From a virus (taxonomy: Duplodnaviria > Caudoviricetes): a stretch of 34,210 nucleotides of DNA. The notes under the pieces are model-generated. The model worked only from the letters and a program-made list of their open reading frames with translations. It had not been told where the DNA came from and searched no databases. The stretch is taken from the IMG/VR virus record IMGVR_UViG_3300005077_000066, positions 1 through 34,210 of that record. One strand, written 5' to 3'. Of this stretch, positions 8,183 to 16,983 are shown piece after piece (positions within the stretch are counted from its first letter, which is position 1; each line of letters starts with the position of its first letter). The position numbers and the translations under genes were made by a program.

Positions 8183-8479
8183 TTATCCGTATTGGACGAC
8201 TTGCCTGTCTTTCGGGTCAAACCAGCCATGAACGCGCCTGACGCTTCCGTCTTTCCCCGAAAGAATTGTGAAGTCGAAATAAAGTGCCGAGCCGTCCTCG
8301 CAACCGTCTTTCAAAGTCCCGACCTTTACATATTGATTGATAAGGCCGTCGTAAGTCGTACCTTGCAGCCCGCCGCATGACTGACATTCATAAACTTGAG
8401 TCGCGTCGCCGTACTGCTTAAGCTCGCCATTGCAAGCCGAGCAACAAAAAGTGTTACGTCTTGGGATTAAATTTGACAT
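8183..8479 (-). CDS. Zn-ribbon hypothetical protein
   Basis: CSACNG...YECQSCGG; SD AAGGGG before ATG 8479; alternative leaderless start at 8530. Confidence 0.7.
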   Translation of the reverse strand: MSNLIPRRNTFCCSACNGELKQYGDATQVYECQSCGGLQGTTYDGLINQYVKVGTLKDGCEDGSALYFDFTILSGKDGSVRRVHGWFDPKDRQVVQYG

Positions 8480-8536
8480 CGCATGCCCCCTTGTTAAGGT
8501 TTCGTTCCTTTTTGTTTTCCTTGCTACCATGATTTA

Positions 8537-8564
8537 ATAATATCAAATTTAAAGCCATTGTCAA
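8537..8564 (-). promoter_or_regulatory. Early leftward promoter TTGACA-16-(TGA)TATTAT
   Basis: Consensus -35 and extended -10 in the divergent intergenic region. Confidence 0.65.
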
Positions 8565-8645
8565 GCATTAAATTCAAACAATGTCCGAAAATAAGCAAAT
8601 ATATTGCATCTGGCAAGAATTATTGACTTTTCCGACATTATTTTT

Positions 8646-8674
8646 TTGACTTTTTGCCTCGTTTCCAATATTTT
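8646..8674 (+). promoter_or_regulatory. Rightward promoter TTGACT-17-TATTTT for bet
   Basis: Hexamers upstream of the divergent + strand operon. Confidence 0.5.
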
Positions 8675-8741
8675 CTTTTACAAGGTCAACGACCCTTAAA
8701 TGACGGTCGTTGCCGAAACCCATACCAAAGGACGGTGTACC

Positions 8742-9758
8742 ATGAACGAAAAAATCGTTATCGACGAAAGCGGCAAGCGTGTCGAAAATTTGCCGCAAGC
8801 TCAAACCAGCGCCCCGCCTATGAAAGCCGACGATGTCGTCTTTACGCCAGAGCAAATCGCGCTTATCAAAAAGCAAATTGCAAAAGACGCCTCGGACGAC
8901 GAGCTTTCAATTTTCCTTTATCAATGTAAAAGGACAAAGCTCGACCCTTTCAATCGGCAAATTTATGCAATCAAGCGCAAGGGGCAAATGTCAGTACAAA
9001 CTTCAATCGACGGCTTTCGCCTGATTGCCGAACGCTCTGGGAAATATGCGGGTCAAGGCGATGTCCTCTTTTGTGGCGACGACGGCAAATGGGTCGATGT
9101 CTGGCTTTCAAATAAGCCGCCAGCGGCCGCCAAAGCGACCGTTTACCGCAAGGATTTCGCCCAGCCCTTGACGGCCATTGCGAAATATGAATCATACAAG
9201 GTCGCCCATTATGACGAAAAATCAAAAACAATGGAATTGACCCCGCTCTGGCAAAAAATGCCCGAGCTTATGCTTTCAAAATGCGCCGAGGCGCTCGCGC
9301 TTCGCAAGGCGTTTCCTCAAGAATTGTCCGGCCTGTATACGCCCGACGAAATGGGGCAAACCGACAACGACGAAAAGACCCCGGCCAATACGCCGCCAGC
9401 ATCAAGGCGCAAGGAAATTAAAAAAGAGGCCCCGGCGCCTGAACGAAAGGCCGCCGACCGCTCGGACATGGCAACAATTGATAATTTGCATTTTCAATGC
9501 GACGTCTGCGGCGACAAGTTAACTTACAAGCCGGACGGGAAAAACGGCCCGACGTACTATTGCCGGAATTTTAAAGACAAAGAGGCGGGCGAGCATACGG
9601 TCTACTCCGGGGCAAAGCCCATCTGGACAGCCTTTGACAAACAAAATAATCCAAAAATGGCCCCGCCGGACGACGAGCCAATCGACGTCACTTATGAGGA
9701 CATCCCGGACGCATGGGAACCACTAACCGACGACGAAAAGGCCAATCATAATTTTTAA
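8742..9758 (+). CDS. bet: Phage recombination protein Bet/RecT (single-strand annealase) with C-terminal Zn ribbon
   Basis: [64 protein letters not shown]; SD AAAGGACGGT. Confidence 0.92.
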   Translation: MNEKIVIDESGKRVENLPQAQTSAPPMKADDVVFTPEQIALIKKQIAKDASDDELSIFLYQCKRTKLDPFNRQIYAIKRKGQMSVQTSIDGFRLIAERSGKYAGQGDVLFCGDDGKWVDVWLSNKPPAAAKATVYRKDFAQPLTAIAKYESYKVAHYDEKSKTMELTPLWQKMPELMLSKCAEALALRKAFPQELSGLYTPDEMGQTDNDEKTPANTPPASRRKEIKKEAPAPERKAADRSDMATIDNLHFQCDVCGDKLTYKPDGKNGPTYYCRNFKDKEAGEHTVYSGAKPIWTAFDKQNNPKMAPPDDEPIDVTYEDIPDAWEPLTDDEKANHNF

Positions 9759-9818
9759 ACCAAGTCGCCGAGAATGACAAAAGCTCTAACGGCGACGTTA
9801 AACTATGGAGCGCATAAA

Positions 9819-10316
9819 ATGAAAAACATTGAATTAATTGACTTTAACACTGGCGAATTAATTAACTTGAACACCGACGATTTAAAAAGTTTAATGGCCG
9901 TGTATGACTCGGCCCGGGCGCGTCGGGACGAAGCTTATACGGTAATTGAAACCATCAAACTATTGCTTATCGAAAAGTCAAAAGAGTCTGCTGTCGACCC
10001 GACGAGATTGACCCGGCGCATTCAAGGCGACGGCGTCGTCGCGGTCTTGAGGGAAAACCCAAAAATTTCATGGGACGGGAGCCTCTTATCCCGGGCAAAG
10101 CGTATGTTAGGCAAAGAGCAGTTTGCAAAATATTTTCAGGAAAAAATCGAGTATAAGCCGCAATATCGCGAATTAAATAAGTTGCCTCATACGATCGCCC
10201 CTGATAAAAATACTCAAAAAGCATTTTCTCTTATGCTTGACGCCCGGAAATTGACCGGGCAAAGCTATTTTACTTTGGCTTGGGAAGTCCCAAAAGGCGA
10301 GCGATCTTTTAAATAA
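9819..10316 (+). CDS. Hypothetical protein co-transcribed with bet
   Basis: 165 aa; GGAG upstream of ATG 9819. Confidence 0.7.
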   Translation: MKNIELIDFNTGELINLNTDDLKSLMAVYDSARARRDEAYTVIETIKLLLIEKSKESAVDPTRLTRRIQGDGVVAVLRENPKISWDGSLLSRAKRMLGKEQFAKYFQEKIEYKPQYRELNKLPHTIAPDKNTQKAFSLMLDARKLTGQSYFTLAWEVPKGERSFK

Positions 10317-10529
10317 ACGTTGGCTTGACGCTCTTGCGGGCGGCTTTCTGGCCTTTTCCTTTTATCTGTTTTTACCTTTCGGGTCGGATACGCCGCCCCA
10401 AATAGCGTCTAAACCAAAAGAAAAGGCCGTTTTTAGCGTGTTTTGAGGCCCGGGAATAGCAAGGGTCGGTCGCCCCGGGGAAAACGGCTTAAATTGGCTT
10501 AAATTAATTTTTAAACGAAAGGCGGAATA

Positions 10530-10808
10530 ATGGAAAGCGTAGCAAAAGCGGAAAAAACCGAAACGGGCATAAACTGGCAAAGCTTTTTAAACCTCATTAT
10601 GTCACGGCGCGGCAAGATTGATTTTTCAAAAACCGAAAAGATTGAAAAGGAAAAATTCCAAATAATCGTTATTGAGATTGAAACGACCCACGGGAAATTA
10701 ACGGCGTCCGGGGTTTCGCTCAAAGAGGCCGTCGAGAATTTTCATATTGCGCTGTCGGAAACGGCCGAAGAATCAAAACAATTGGTAAAGCAGTTAAGTT
10801 TATTTTAG
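10530..10808 (+). CDS. Hypothetical protein
   Basis: 92 aa; SD AAAGGCGG. Confidence 0.65.
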   Translation: MESVAKAEKTETGINWQSFLNLIMSRRGKIDFSKTEKIEKEKFQIIVIEIETTHGKLTASGVSLKEAVENFHIALSETAEESKQLVKQLSLF

Positions 10809-10935
10809 TATTGCCAGCGCAAGGGGCATTAGCGTAAGGCCGTAAACCGACCGCTTGACTAGTCGATGTCCCGGCAATACAAAGAGGCTGGCCGTACCGT
10901 GTAAATCTTTGATTTGCCGGGCGGCTGGCCTTTTT
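10809..10935 (+). ncRNA. Structured intergenic RNA ending in a long terminator hairpin
   Basis: Nested stems UAUUGCC/GGCAAUA, GGGGCAUU/GAUGUCCC, AGCG/CGCU; then AGGCUGGCCG/CGGCUGGCCU with inner GUAAAUC/GAUUUGC and a U tract. Confidence 0.5.
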
Positions 10936-11233
10936 ATTTGTCCGGCTCGGTTTTGTCCAGTAAGTTTTGAAAATTACAGCATTTGACAAGCTCATTGTGC
11001 CGGGCCGGGTATAAGCCTATCATTTCCTCGGTGTCGGCGGGCAAGTCCGAATTGCAATCAAGGGCGTTCCCCTTAACACTACAACAAAGAATTTTTTTGT
11101 TCCCGTTAACGTCTTGCGAGCGCAAAAAAAGATAAGTCGCTTTACTTGTCGGCCTGATTATCGTTTTCGTTTTCCCGGCGCAAGCGCTCGCGCTCATCGA
11201 TAACCCTATCACTAGCATTAAGGTAATCGACAT
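10934..11233 (-). CDS. Putative outer-membrane spanin (Rz1-like lipoprotein)
   Basis: Hydrophobic leader with lipobox-like ASA|C; Cys-rich; overlaps the 3' end of the i-spanin candidate; last gene of the lysis cassette. Confidence 0.55.
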   Translation of the reverse strand: MSITLMLVIGLSMSASACAGKTKTIIRPTSKATYLFLRSQDVNGNKKILCCSVKGNALDCNSDLPADTEEMIGLYPARHNELVKCCNFQNLLDKTEPDK

Positions 11234-11435
11234 ATTTTTTATTTGATAAAGAGTCGTCAATTTCGCCCTCGAATTTGTCTTGCAATTCATTGATTTTTTT
11301 CGACCTCGGCTTAAACGGCCATTGCTTTTTGTGATTCAAATATAAAGTCAAAAGGGCGGCAATGATTGACAAGGCCGCCCCGACGATTGTTTTCCATCCG
11401 CCTATTTGTTGGAATATATCGAGAATTGCGTCCAC
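11142..11435 (-). CDS. Putative inner-membrane spanin (Rz-like)
   Basis: N-terminal TM helix plus charged helical C-terminus; GTG start. Confidence 0.55.
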   Translation of the reverse strand: MDAILDIFQQIGGWKTIVGAALSIIAALLTLYLNHKKQWPFKPRSKKINELQDKFEGEIDDSLSNKKYVDYLNASDRVIDERERLRRENENDNQADK

Positions 11436-11756
11436 TTAGAAAAATGACTTTATTGCCTTTACAAGCGCATAGGCCGCATCGATGCAAGCCTCGACTTTCG
11501 CCTCGGCCTCGTCTTGCGGCAAATCAAACTTGGCCATAAAGTCCGTGATAAGATTTTTCACGTCGTCCTCTGTCGCGGCCTTTAACTCGTCGTCGATTTT
11601 TGTTATGCCGCTAATAAGCGCCGGAACGGTCGTTAATGCGGTCATGAATTTCGGGAAGTCCGTCCAAGTGATTTTTCCATCGTCGGCAAGCGATGCTCCA
11701 ACTCCGTTTCCGATCTCGGCCAGCGTGATAATTAAGTCCCTCGTTTCGGGCATCAT
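11436..11756 (-). CDS. Hypothetical lysis-cassette protein
   Basis: 106 aa helical protein between endolysin and spanins; SD AAGGGGG. Confidence 0.7.
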   Translation of the reverse strand: MMPETRDLIITLAEIGNGVGASLADDGKITWTDFPKFMTALTTVPALISGITKIDDELKAATEDDVKNLITDFMAKFDLPQDEAEAKVEACIDAAYALVKAIKSFF

Positions 11757-11796
11757 AAAAACCCCCTTTTTAATTTAAAGTTTTAAAAAAAATATA

Positions 11797-12267
11797 TTAC
11801 TGCTCCCGATTAATCCAGTCTTTATGCTTAAAAGGGCTCGAGTACCCGACGACATCAGAACGGTAACGATAAGGCCGCAAATTAACATAAGCGTCATATT
11901 TGACCGCATCTGCAATTGTCTTGACGTGTTTGCCGCCGCCGTTCGCCCCTAAGAATTGCCAATCGTTGTAAAGCAATCCTATATGAGATATTGCGTTGAT
12001 GTTTTTCCCGAAAAACACAAAGCCGCCCCGCTCCGGGCGCATCGTCCGGGGAAATTCCCAATATATGCCTTGCGCCGTCATGTCTTTTTTTTCTTTGGCC
12101 CATGCCGGGAATAAGCATCGGCAATATTCGACGACGACGCCAGAGCAATCGACGCCGCCATATTGCATAATTACTTTTGACCCGTCCGGGGCTGTTTCGA
12201 TTTTGGTTTCAATGACCGGATTGTCCCCGGCATATAAATAAGGCAAGCCGCCAAAAACTACAAGCAT
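11797..12267 (-). CDS. NlpC/P60 peptidoglycan endopeptidase (endolysin); true start probably upstream
   Basis: GLPYLYAGD, GVDCSG (catalytic Cys), VFFG, SHIGL (catalytic His). Confidence 0.85.
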   Translation of the reverse strand: MLVVFGGLPYLYAGDNPVIETKIETAPDGSKVIMQYGGVDCSGVVVEYCRCLFPAWAKEKKDMTAQGIYWEFPRTMRPERGGFVFFGKNINAISHIGLLYNDWQFLGANGGGKHVKTIADAVKYDAYVNLRPYRYRSDVVGYSSPFKHKDWINREQ

Positions 12268-12358
12268 ATATTGGAGCGCGACTTCCCGGGGATTTTCCCG
12301 GTAATTTATAATTTTGTCCCCTATTTTTTCCGCGATTTGGTTTAAAATAATAAAGTCC

Positions 12359-12772
12359 TTAAATAAAGGTTTTCAATTTTTCCCACAAAAACTTGATTAT
12401 TTCCCACGCAATGACGGCCCCGCCAGCCGCGCCGCTACCGACGACCGCGCTTCGCTTCGTCGATATTTGCTTAATCCGGCCGTCAAGGTCTTGATCTTTA
12501 ATCGACAATTGCTTGTCGACCCCGTTGATTTTGCTGTTAAGGGTAATATTAACGTCGTTGATTTTGGAAACAATATCGTTTTGCGACCTTATGAGCGACT
12601 TTACCGACTCATTGACAAACTTAAGCTCCGTTCGCGTTTCGGCCCGGCAAGACAAATGCGCGTCGCTTATGAATTTTTGTTGCTCTTTAAGCTCGTTTAA
12701 TATTCTCGCAAAATCGTCCATACCTTTTCTGCGTTCGCTTGAATTGTCGCCGTTTCCGTTGTTGTTTGGCAT
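12359..12772 (-). CDS. Coiled-coil protein with C-terminal hydrophobic segment (holin/antiholin candidate)
   Basis: ERRK N-terminus, heptad repeats, C-terminal GAAGGAVIAW segment; directly before the endolysin. Confidence 0.55.
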   Translation of the reverse strand: MPNNNGNGDNSSERRKGMDDFARILNELKEQQKFISDAHLSCRAETRTELKFVNESVKSLIRSQNDIVSKINDVNITLNSKINGVDKQLSIKDQDLDGRIKQISTKRSAVVGSGAAGGAVIAWEIIKFLWEKLKTFI

Positions 12773-12778
12773 CGCAGT

Positions 12779-13114
12779 TTATTCCACTATCGACCCTTGA
12801 ATCAATCCATTACTGATTATATACGTTTCGACCTGAGAAATAATACTGTTTACATTGGCAAGCGCAGTAAAATTAACGTTTGCCTTTGGACTATATGTTC
12901 CATCGGCATTTCTGGAATTGACCAGAACAGCCTCGCCTGTATCAGCCCTCTTGAATGAAACATAAACATTCCCGTCTGGATTGATTTGTACGCCACGCAC
13001 CAAAATATTTTGATAACTTGACGTTACCGGATTATTAAGCTGTATTTCGCAGTAAACCTGATAAGCCGTGACCAAAAAAGCCGCGAATAAAAATCCAAGT
13101 ATAAATTTTTTCAT
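12779..13114 (-). CDS. Signal-peptide-bearing hypothetical protein
   Basis: MKKFILGFLFAAFLVTAYQVYC leader; SD AGGGGG. Confidence 0.75.
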   Translation of the reverse strand: MKKFILGFLFAAFLVTAYQVYCEIQLNNPVTSSYQNILVRGVQINPDGNVYVSFKRADTGEAVLVNSRNADGTYSPKANVNFTALANVNSIISQVETYIISNGLIQGSIVE

Positions 13115-13133
13115 TTTTCCCCCTATACTAAAA

Positions 13134-14690
13134 TTATCTTGTAAACCAATTAGAACCGTTACTATAAACGGTTATATGTCCGTAATTTGTGCTTATTGTA
13201 GCGGTCGCGGCTCCGTCTATTGTTTCCGCGCCTTGCGTTGCAATTGTTATGTTTGCGCTGCTCGCCCCGCCGGACTCGTCTTTGACGACCAATTCGCGGT
13301 TTAAAACGCAATCGGCTGTCTGCAATGTTACCGTATCGCCGCCGCCTGTAATCGCTGTTATTGCGATAAGATAGTCCATTGCCTCGGTCGTCGTTCCGCC
13401 CGCCCCGACCGCGCGCCTTTTAATTTTCTGCGCTCCATTTGAATTAATTCCGCCGACGACTTCCAAATAATTTTGGGCGTTGTCGGTAACGACTTCTTTT
13501 AGTGAGAGGGTATCTATTAACCCCGCCCAAGCCGTAGAAACCGCCTTTATTGTAAAATCCGTCGGCGACGCGTTTGTCTTAAATACTATTTGCTGCCCTC
13601 GATAGTATTCGCTCCTAAGCATATAAACGCGGTCTGCAACATCCGTGTCAATATACAGGTAATCACCCGCCCCGCCCGGAGCAACGCCAGTCGAGTAAAC
13701 AAGCAAATAGTAAGTGTTTGCCTTTAATGCGATTGCCAAATCCGCTTGCGCTTGCGTAATGCTTCCGGCCCCTGTACTATGAGCGTAATCCGCGCTATTA
13801 TTTGCAAGCGTGAAGTCCCCGGCGTCGCTCCAAGACGTACCGCTCGTTAACGCTCCATTTGTCAAACATTCCGACCCCAACGACTGGTATAAATGCAATC
13901 TTGTGCTATTAAAGCCATCTATATAAAAACGTTTATTCGTTTGGGTATAAGACGGATTCGGCTCGGTTGTAGTTCTCGCCATATAATCGACATTGTAATA
14001 GCCCCCGATTTCTTTGGCGTTCCCGCCCCAATAAATAAAAGACGGGACTTTGAAATAGTCATTACCAACTAGTTCTATTCCGTTAAGCCCGTAAATTCTA
14101 CCTTGATTACCCATTGACATCCTTCCAGCATTTGGGATGTCGACATTGCCCCATAATTTTATTGACGCTGCCTTTGCGGTCAATTCCGTTCCCGCCGCAT
14201 TTGATTGCAAATAAACAGCCGTTCCCCCATCAAAATAAACAGTGCCGCCATCGGTTGCAGCGTTATTAAGTTGAAGATAATCAAAGTTGTATAAACTTGC
14301 ATTTCCCCCGCCGACACCGTAAATATCCCGATTATTCATAAGCATATCACTACCCATTACAGTAGTGGTAAATCCGCTGCTTATGGTCAAGCTAGTTCCA
14401 TCGGCTGACGACTTTATATATTTGGCTGAATTGCCATCAAAATAAATTGCCCCGCCGTCTGTCGCTCCATTGTTCAGAACTAAGTATTGCCATGATAAAG
14501 GCGTTGAATACTCGCCTAAGTGATAAGTGTCTGTTACGGACGGCAAAAGATTTGAGGCAATAGCAAGCGGGTCAATGCCGCCGCCTATGCTATAAGTCCC
14601 CAAGTTTGTTTTGCGCGGGTCATTCAAACCTATGGCATGGGCGTTGACTGTAAAGAGTAACGCAAATAAGAATATAAAAAGTTTTTTCAT
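13134..14690 (-). CDS. Tail fibre/receptor-binding-like protein with Sec signal peptide
   Basis: MKKLFIFLFALLFTVNAHA| leader; G/T/N-rich; internal repeat; C-terminal VTL..VVKDESG..ETIDG..SNGSNWF domain typical of fibre/baseplate proteins. Confidence 0.7.
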   Translation of the reverse strand: MKKLFIFLFALLFTVNAHAIGLNDPRKTNLGTYSIGGGIDPLAIASNLLPSVTDTYHLGEYSTPLSWQYLVLNNGATDGGAIYFDGNSAKYIKSSADGTSLTISSGFTTTVMGSDMLMNNRDIYGVGGGNASLYNFDYLQLNNAATDGGTVYFDGGTAVYLQSNAAGTELTAKAASIKLWGNVDIPNAGRMSMGNQGRIYGLNGIELVGNDYFKVPSFIYWGGNAKEIGGYYNVDYMARTTTEPNPSYTQTNKRFYIDGFNSTRLHLYQSLGSECLTNGALTSGTSWSDAGDFTLANNSADYAHSTGAGSITQAQADLAIALKANTYYLLVYSTGVAPGGAGDYLYIDTDVADRVYMLRSEYYRGQQIVFKTNASPTDFTIKAVSTAWAGLIDTLSLKEVVTDNAQNYLEVVGGINSNGAQKIKRRAVGAGGTTTEAMDYLIAITAITGGGDTVTLQTADCVLNRELVVKDESGGASSANITIATQGAETIDGAATATISTNYGHITVYSNGSNWFTR

Positions 14691-14700
14691 TTATTCCCCC

Positions 14701-15171
14701 TTATTGTACCTTGCCGCTTAACGTGACATAAGCCTCGTCGATCTGCCCGGCTGTCGCTCCGACCGTCCCGGCCTTGACTTGTACTTGTGCATAATTCGCG
14801 CCCATTAATCCAAACTCAAAAACAAAGCGCCCGTCGGCATCGACGTTATATTCCAAATACTCGCCCTCGAATTTTACGTCGCTTGACCCGGGACTCAATA
14901 TCACCGACTGGTATTCGTTCCCGGCGCTTTCAAGCCCATATAAGACCCGAAATTGTACGTTATTTGTGCTATTAATATCGACATTTACCCATAAGGCCAT
15001 GCGCTCAAAATTTCTCACTTCGATTTGCGACCCCAAGTCGACCCATCCCGACGTCACCGCTTGCGGGGCCGATGTCGCGACAAGCTCGGTTTTTTCATTG
15101 TAAACCCTTATAGCGCAAGACGATAAAACGAGCGCCCCGGCCAAAAGCAAAGTAAAAAGTATTTTTTTCAT
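14701..15171 (-). CDS. Predicted lipoprotein, beta-rich
   Basis: MKKILFTLLLAGALVLSS|C lipobox. Confidence 0.75.
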   Translation of the reverse strand: MKKILFTLLLAGALVLSSCAIRVYNEKTELVATSAPQAVTSGWVDLGSQIEVRNFERMALWVNVDINSTNNVQFRVLYGLESAGNEYQSVILSPGSSDVKFEGEYLEYNVDADGRFVFEFGLMGANYAQVQVKAGTVGATAGQIDEAYVTLSGKVQ

Positions 15172-15179
15172 TTTTCCCC

Positions 15180-15524
15180 CTAGTGCAAAAATAGCAAATA
15201 ATTTTTTCTCAATATTTCCTTTGTCAATGACTCGGTATATCCAGAGCCTTTTGTAAATGCTTCAAATTCCCATTTAAAACGCCAGTAATTCCATCCCAAA
15301 GGCAAGACCAAAAGATATAAAAAGAACCATGCGAGCCAGCCGAATATATAAAGCGTGTACCACTTGACCCATTTGCTTTGTTGCTCAAAGTGAATAAGTT
15401 CATGACGCCGGGTATCAGCCGACAATGCATTGACATAAAAAATAAACGGGTAAACCGTTACCGCTCCGAACCCAAAAAACCATTTTATTTTTATAAATTT
15501 TGCTTCCATTGTTAAGGCAGCCAT
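15180..15524 (-). CDS. Small hydrophobic HExxH protein (putative membrane metallopeptidase)
   Basis: RRHELIHFEQ, aromatic/hydrophobic segment, FEFEA-like WEFEA third-ligand candidate. Confidence 0.65.
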   Translation of the reverse strand: MAALTMEAKFIKIKWFFGFGAVTVYPFIFYVNALSADTRRHELIHFEQQSKWVKWYTLYIFGWLAWFFLYLLVLPLGWNYWRFKWEFEAFTKGSGYTESLTKEILRKNYLLFLH

Positions 15525-16294
15525 TTGTCAATATAACCCCTTGACGCCCAAACTACATTTGCAGCCGCATTTTCCGTTTTGACGCAAACATCGCCATCGG
15601 ATTGCGGCGCGACATAAATCATGCCCCTGGTATAAGTTCTGGTTTGGTAATCGTCGGTCGTGCAATCATGCGAAGCATAAGCCCAACGAGCATCGTCGTT
15701 TGTATATAAAGTTCCGATTACCATTGCCGCCAATGCGCTTGGGATGTCGGCCGGGTCGATGTCCGTATAAGACGTCGAGCTTGAAGTTTGATTTGCGGCC
15801 TTTCTAATCATCATGATATTGCCTATTTGCGAGAAATAAATAATATTGGACGAACTGTCGTTTTTGATCGTTCCCAAATATAAATTTTGGTCGAAAACAT
15901 CGCCGTTTAAATCCGTGTCGTAAAGCCCCGTTGCCAGAGTAGCCGAGCCGACGATGCCAAGCGAGCTAGACGCGTAATACATATAAATCGAGTAATAAGT
16001 GTCGCTTGTTTCCGAGCCTGTATCCAGCCCGTAATCATAAGCACCGCCAGAGCCGTCAAATTTCCAATCGGCGTCGCTTGCCAAGTTGATAAGGTTTCCG
16101 TGTTCGACGTAGTAGTTCCCGGCTTTAATTGTAACCGTCCCGGCGTCCTTATAGACTAAATGCAAGGGCGGCATAATTTGAAACTTATAGCTGTTAATTT
16201 CTAACCCGTTTACGTTTAAATTGCCGCGCCGAACGTCGCATGCCCCGATAAAAATTAAGCTCAAAAATAAAAATATCGAAAAAAGTTTTTTCAT
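15512..16294 (-). CDS. Predicted lipoprotein with tail-fibre-like domain
   Basis: MKKLFSIFLFLSLIFIGA|C lipobox; TVTIKAG..GLDTGSETSDTYYSIY motif resembling fibre modules. Confidence 0.7.
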   Translation of the reverse strand: MKKLFSIFLFLSLIFIGACDVRRGNLNVNGLEINSYKFQIMPPLHLVYKDAGTVTIKAGNYYVEHGNLINLASDADWKFDGSGGAYDYGLDTGSETSDTYYSIYMYYASSSLGIVGSATLATGLYDTDLNGDVFDQNLYLGTIKNDSSSNIIYFSQIGNIMMIRKAANQTSSSTSYTDIDPADIPSALAAMVIGTLYTNDDARWAYASHDCTTDDYQTRTYTRGMIYVAPQSDGDVCVKTENAAANVVWASRGYIDKWLP

Positions 16295-16303
16295 TTTTCC
16301 CCC

Positions 16304-16963
16304 TTAAATTTCGACTATGCGCAAATCGTTGTCTGTCCCTAAGTCCCTGTAATGATATGTCATTGTTCCGGCTTGATTTCTTATTATCCCGTCAAATATA
16401 TTGTAATTCGCATTTACATAAAGTCCGTTTGTCAACGTACCGCCCGCGCCGTTTTGCTGTATCCTTATCCCTCTGGCTTGCGTTGCATAATTGACGATTG
16501 TTAAAGCCGACGTAACCGTCCCGGTCGTATTGGTCAAGTAAAAAGTCAAATCGTTAATTCGGCAATTGTACCCTGAAACATAAAGCATGTGTATTGCCGC
16601 GCCCGTCGTTTGCAAAATACTGTACCCATTACCGATAATTATTCCGTCATTTATTGAGAAAGTTTGTTGTGTTGTGACTTCAATATCCGATGTCAAAATT
16701 ATTTTGGATGCCCCGCCAGCGACCGCCGCATTTATGTCGGCGTAATCGTCATAAGTCCCGCTTCCGACCGTTGCGAAGTCCTTAAAAACTGAATTGCCAA
16801 GCCAGCGCGTCCATAAACCGACGTTATAAAACAGCCAGTTTAATTCGTCCCCCGGCGGATATTCTTGATAAACGAACCCTGTCCCCTTTTTCCCGGACGA
16901 CGGCTCTGTTCTATAAGACGCCGAGCCGTTGGCCCAATCAACATAACTTGTCGGTTTTCCCAT
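16304..16963 (-). CDS. Short tail fibre / fibre adaptor with baseplate anchor
   Basis: N-terminal W..EPS..K..GF..EYPP..LNWLF anchor motif, then a beta-helix-like segment; follows the baseplate wedge genes. Confidence 0.75.
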   Translation of the reverse strand: MGKPTSYVDWANGSASYRTEPSSGKKGTGFVYQEYPPGDELNWLFYNVGLWTRWLGNSVFKDFATVGSGTYDDYADINAAVAGGASKIILTSDIEVTTQQTFSINDGIIIGNGYSILQTTGAAIHMLYVSGYNCRINDLTFYLTNTTGTVTSALTIVNYATQARGIRIQQNGAGGTLTNGLYVNANYNIFDGIIRNQAGTMTYHYRDLGTDNDLRIVEI

Positions 16964-16983
16964 TGTTAACCCTTTCGCAGAAT

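Noticed and set aside
10320-10529. Intergenic stretch with tandem GGCTTAAATT and a possible minus-strand ORF 10362-10580
   Set aside because: Only two repeat copies and weak coding evidence; no function can be supported.
10836-10852. GGCCGUAAACC resembling part of the c-di-GMP-I riboswitch
   Set aside because: The GCAAA/GNRA P2 architecture is absent and the element lies 3' of genes on both strands.
10720-10995. Minus-strand 91 aa ORF after the spanins
   Set aside because: It overlaps a + strand gene and the structured intergenic element, with no SD or motif.
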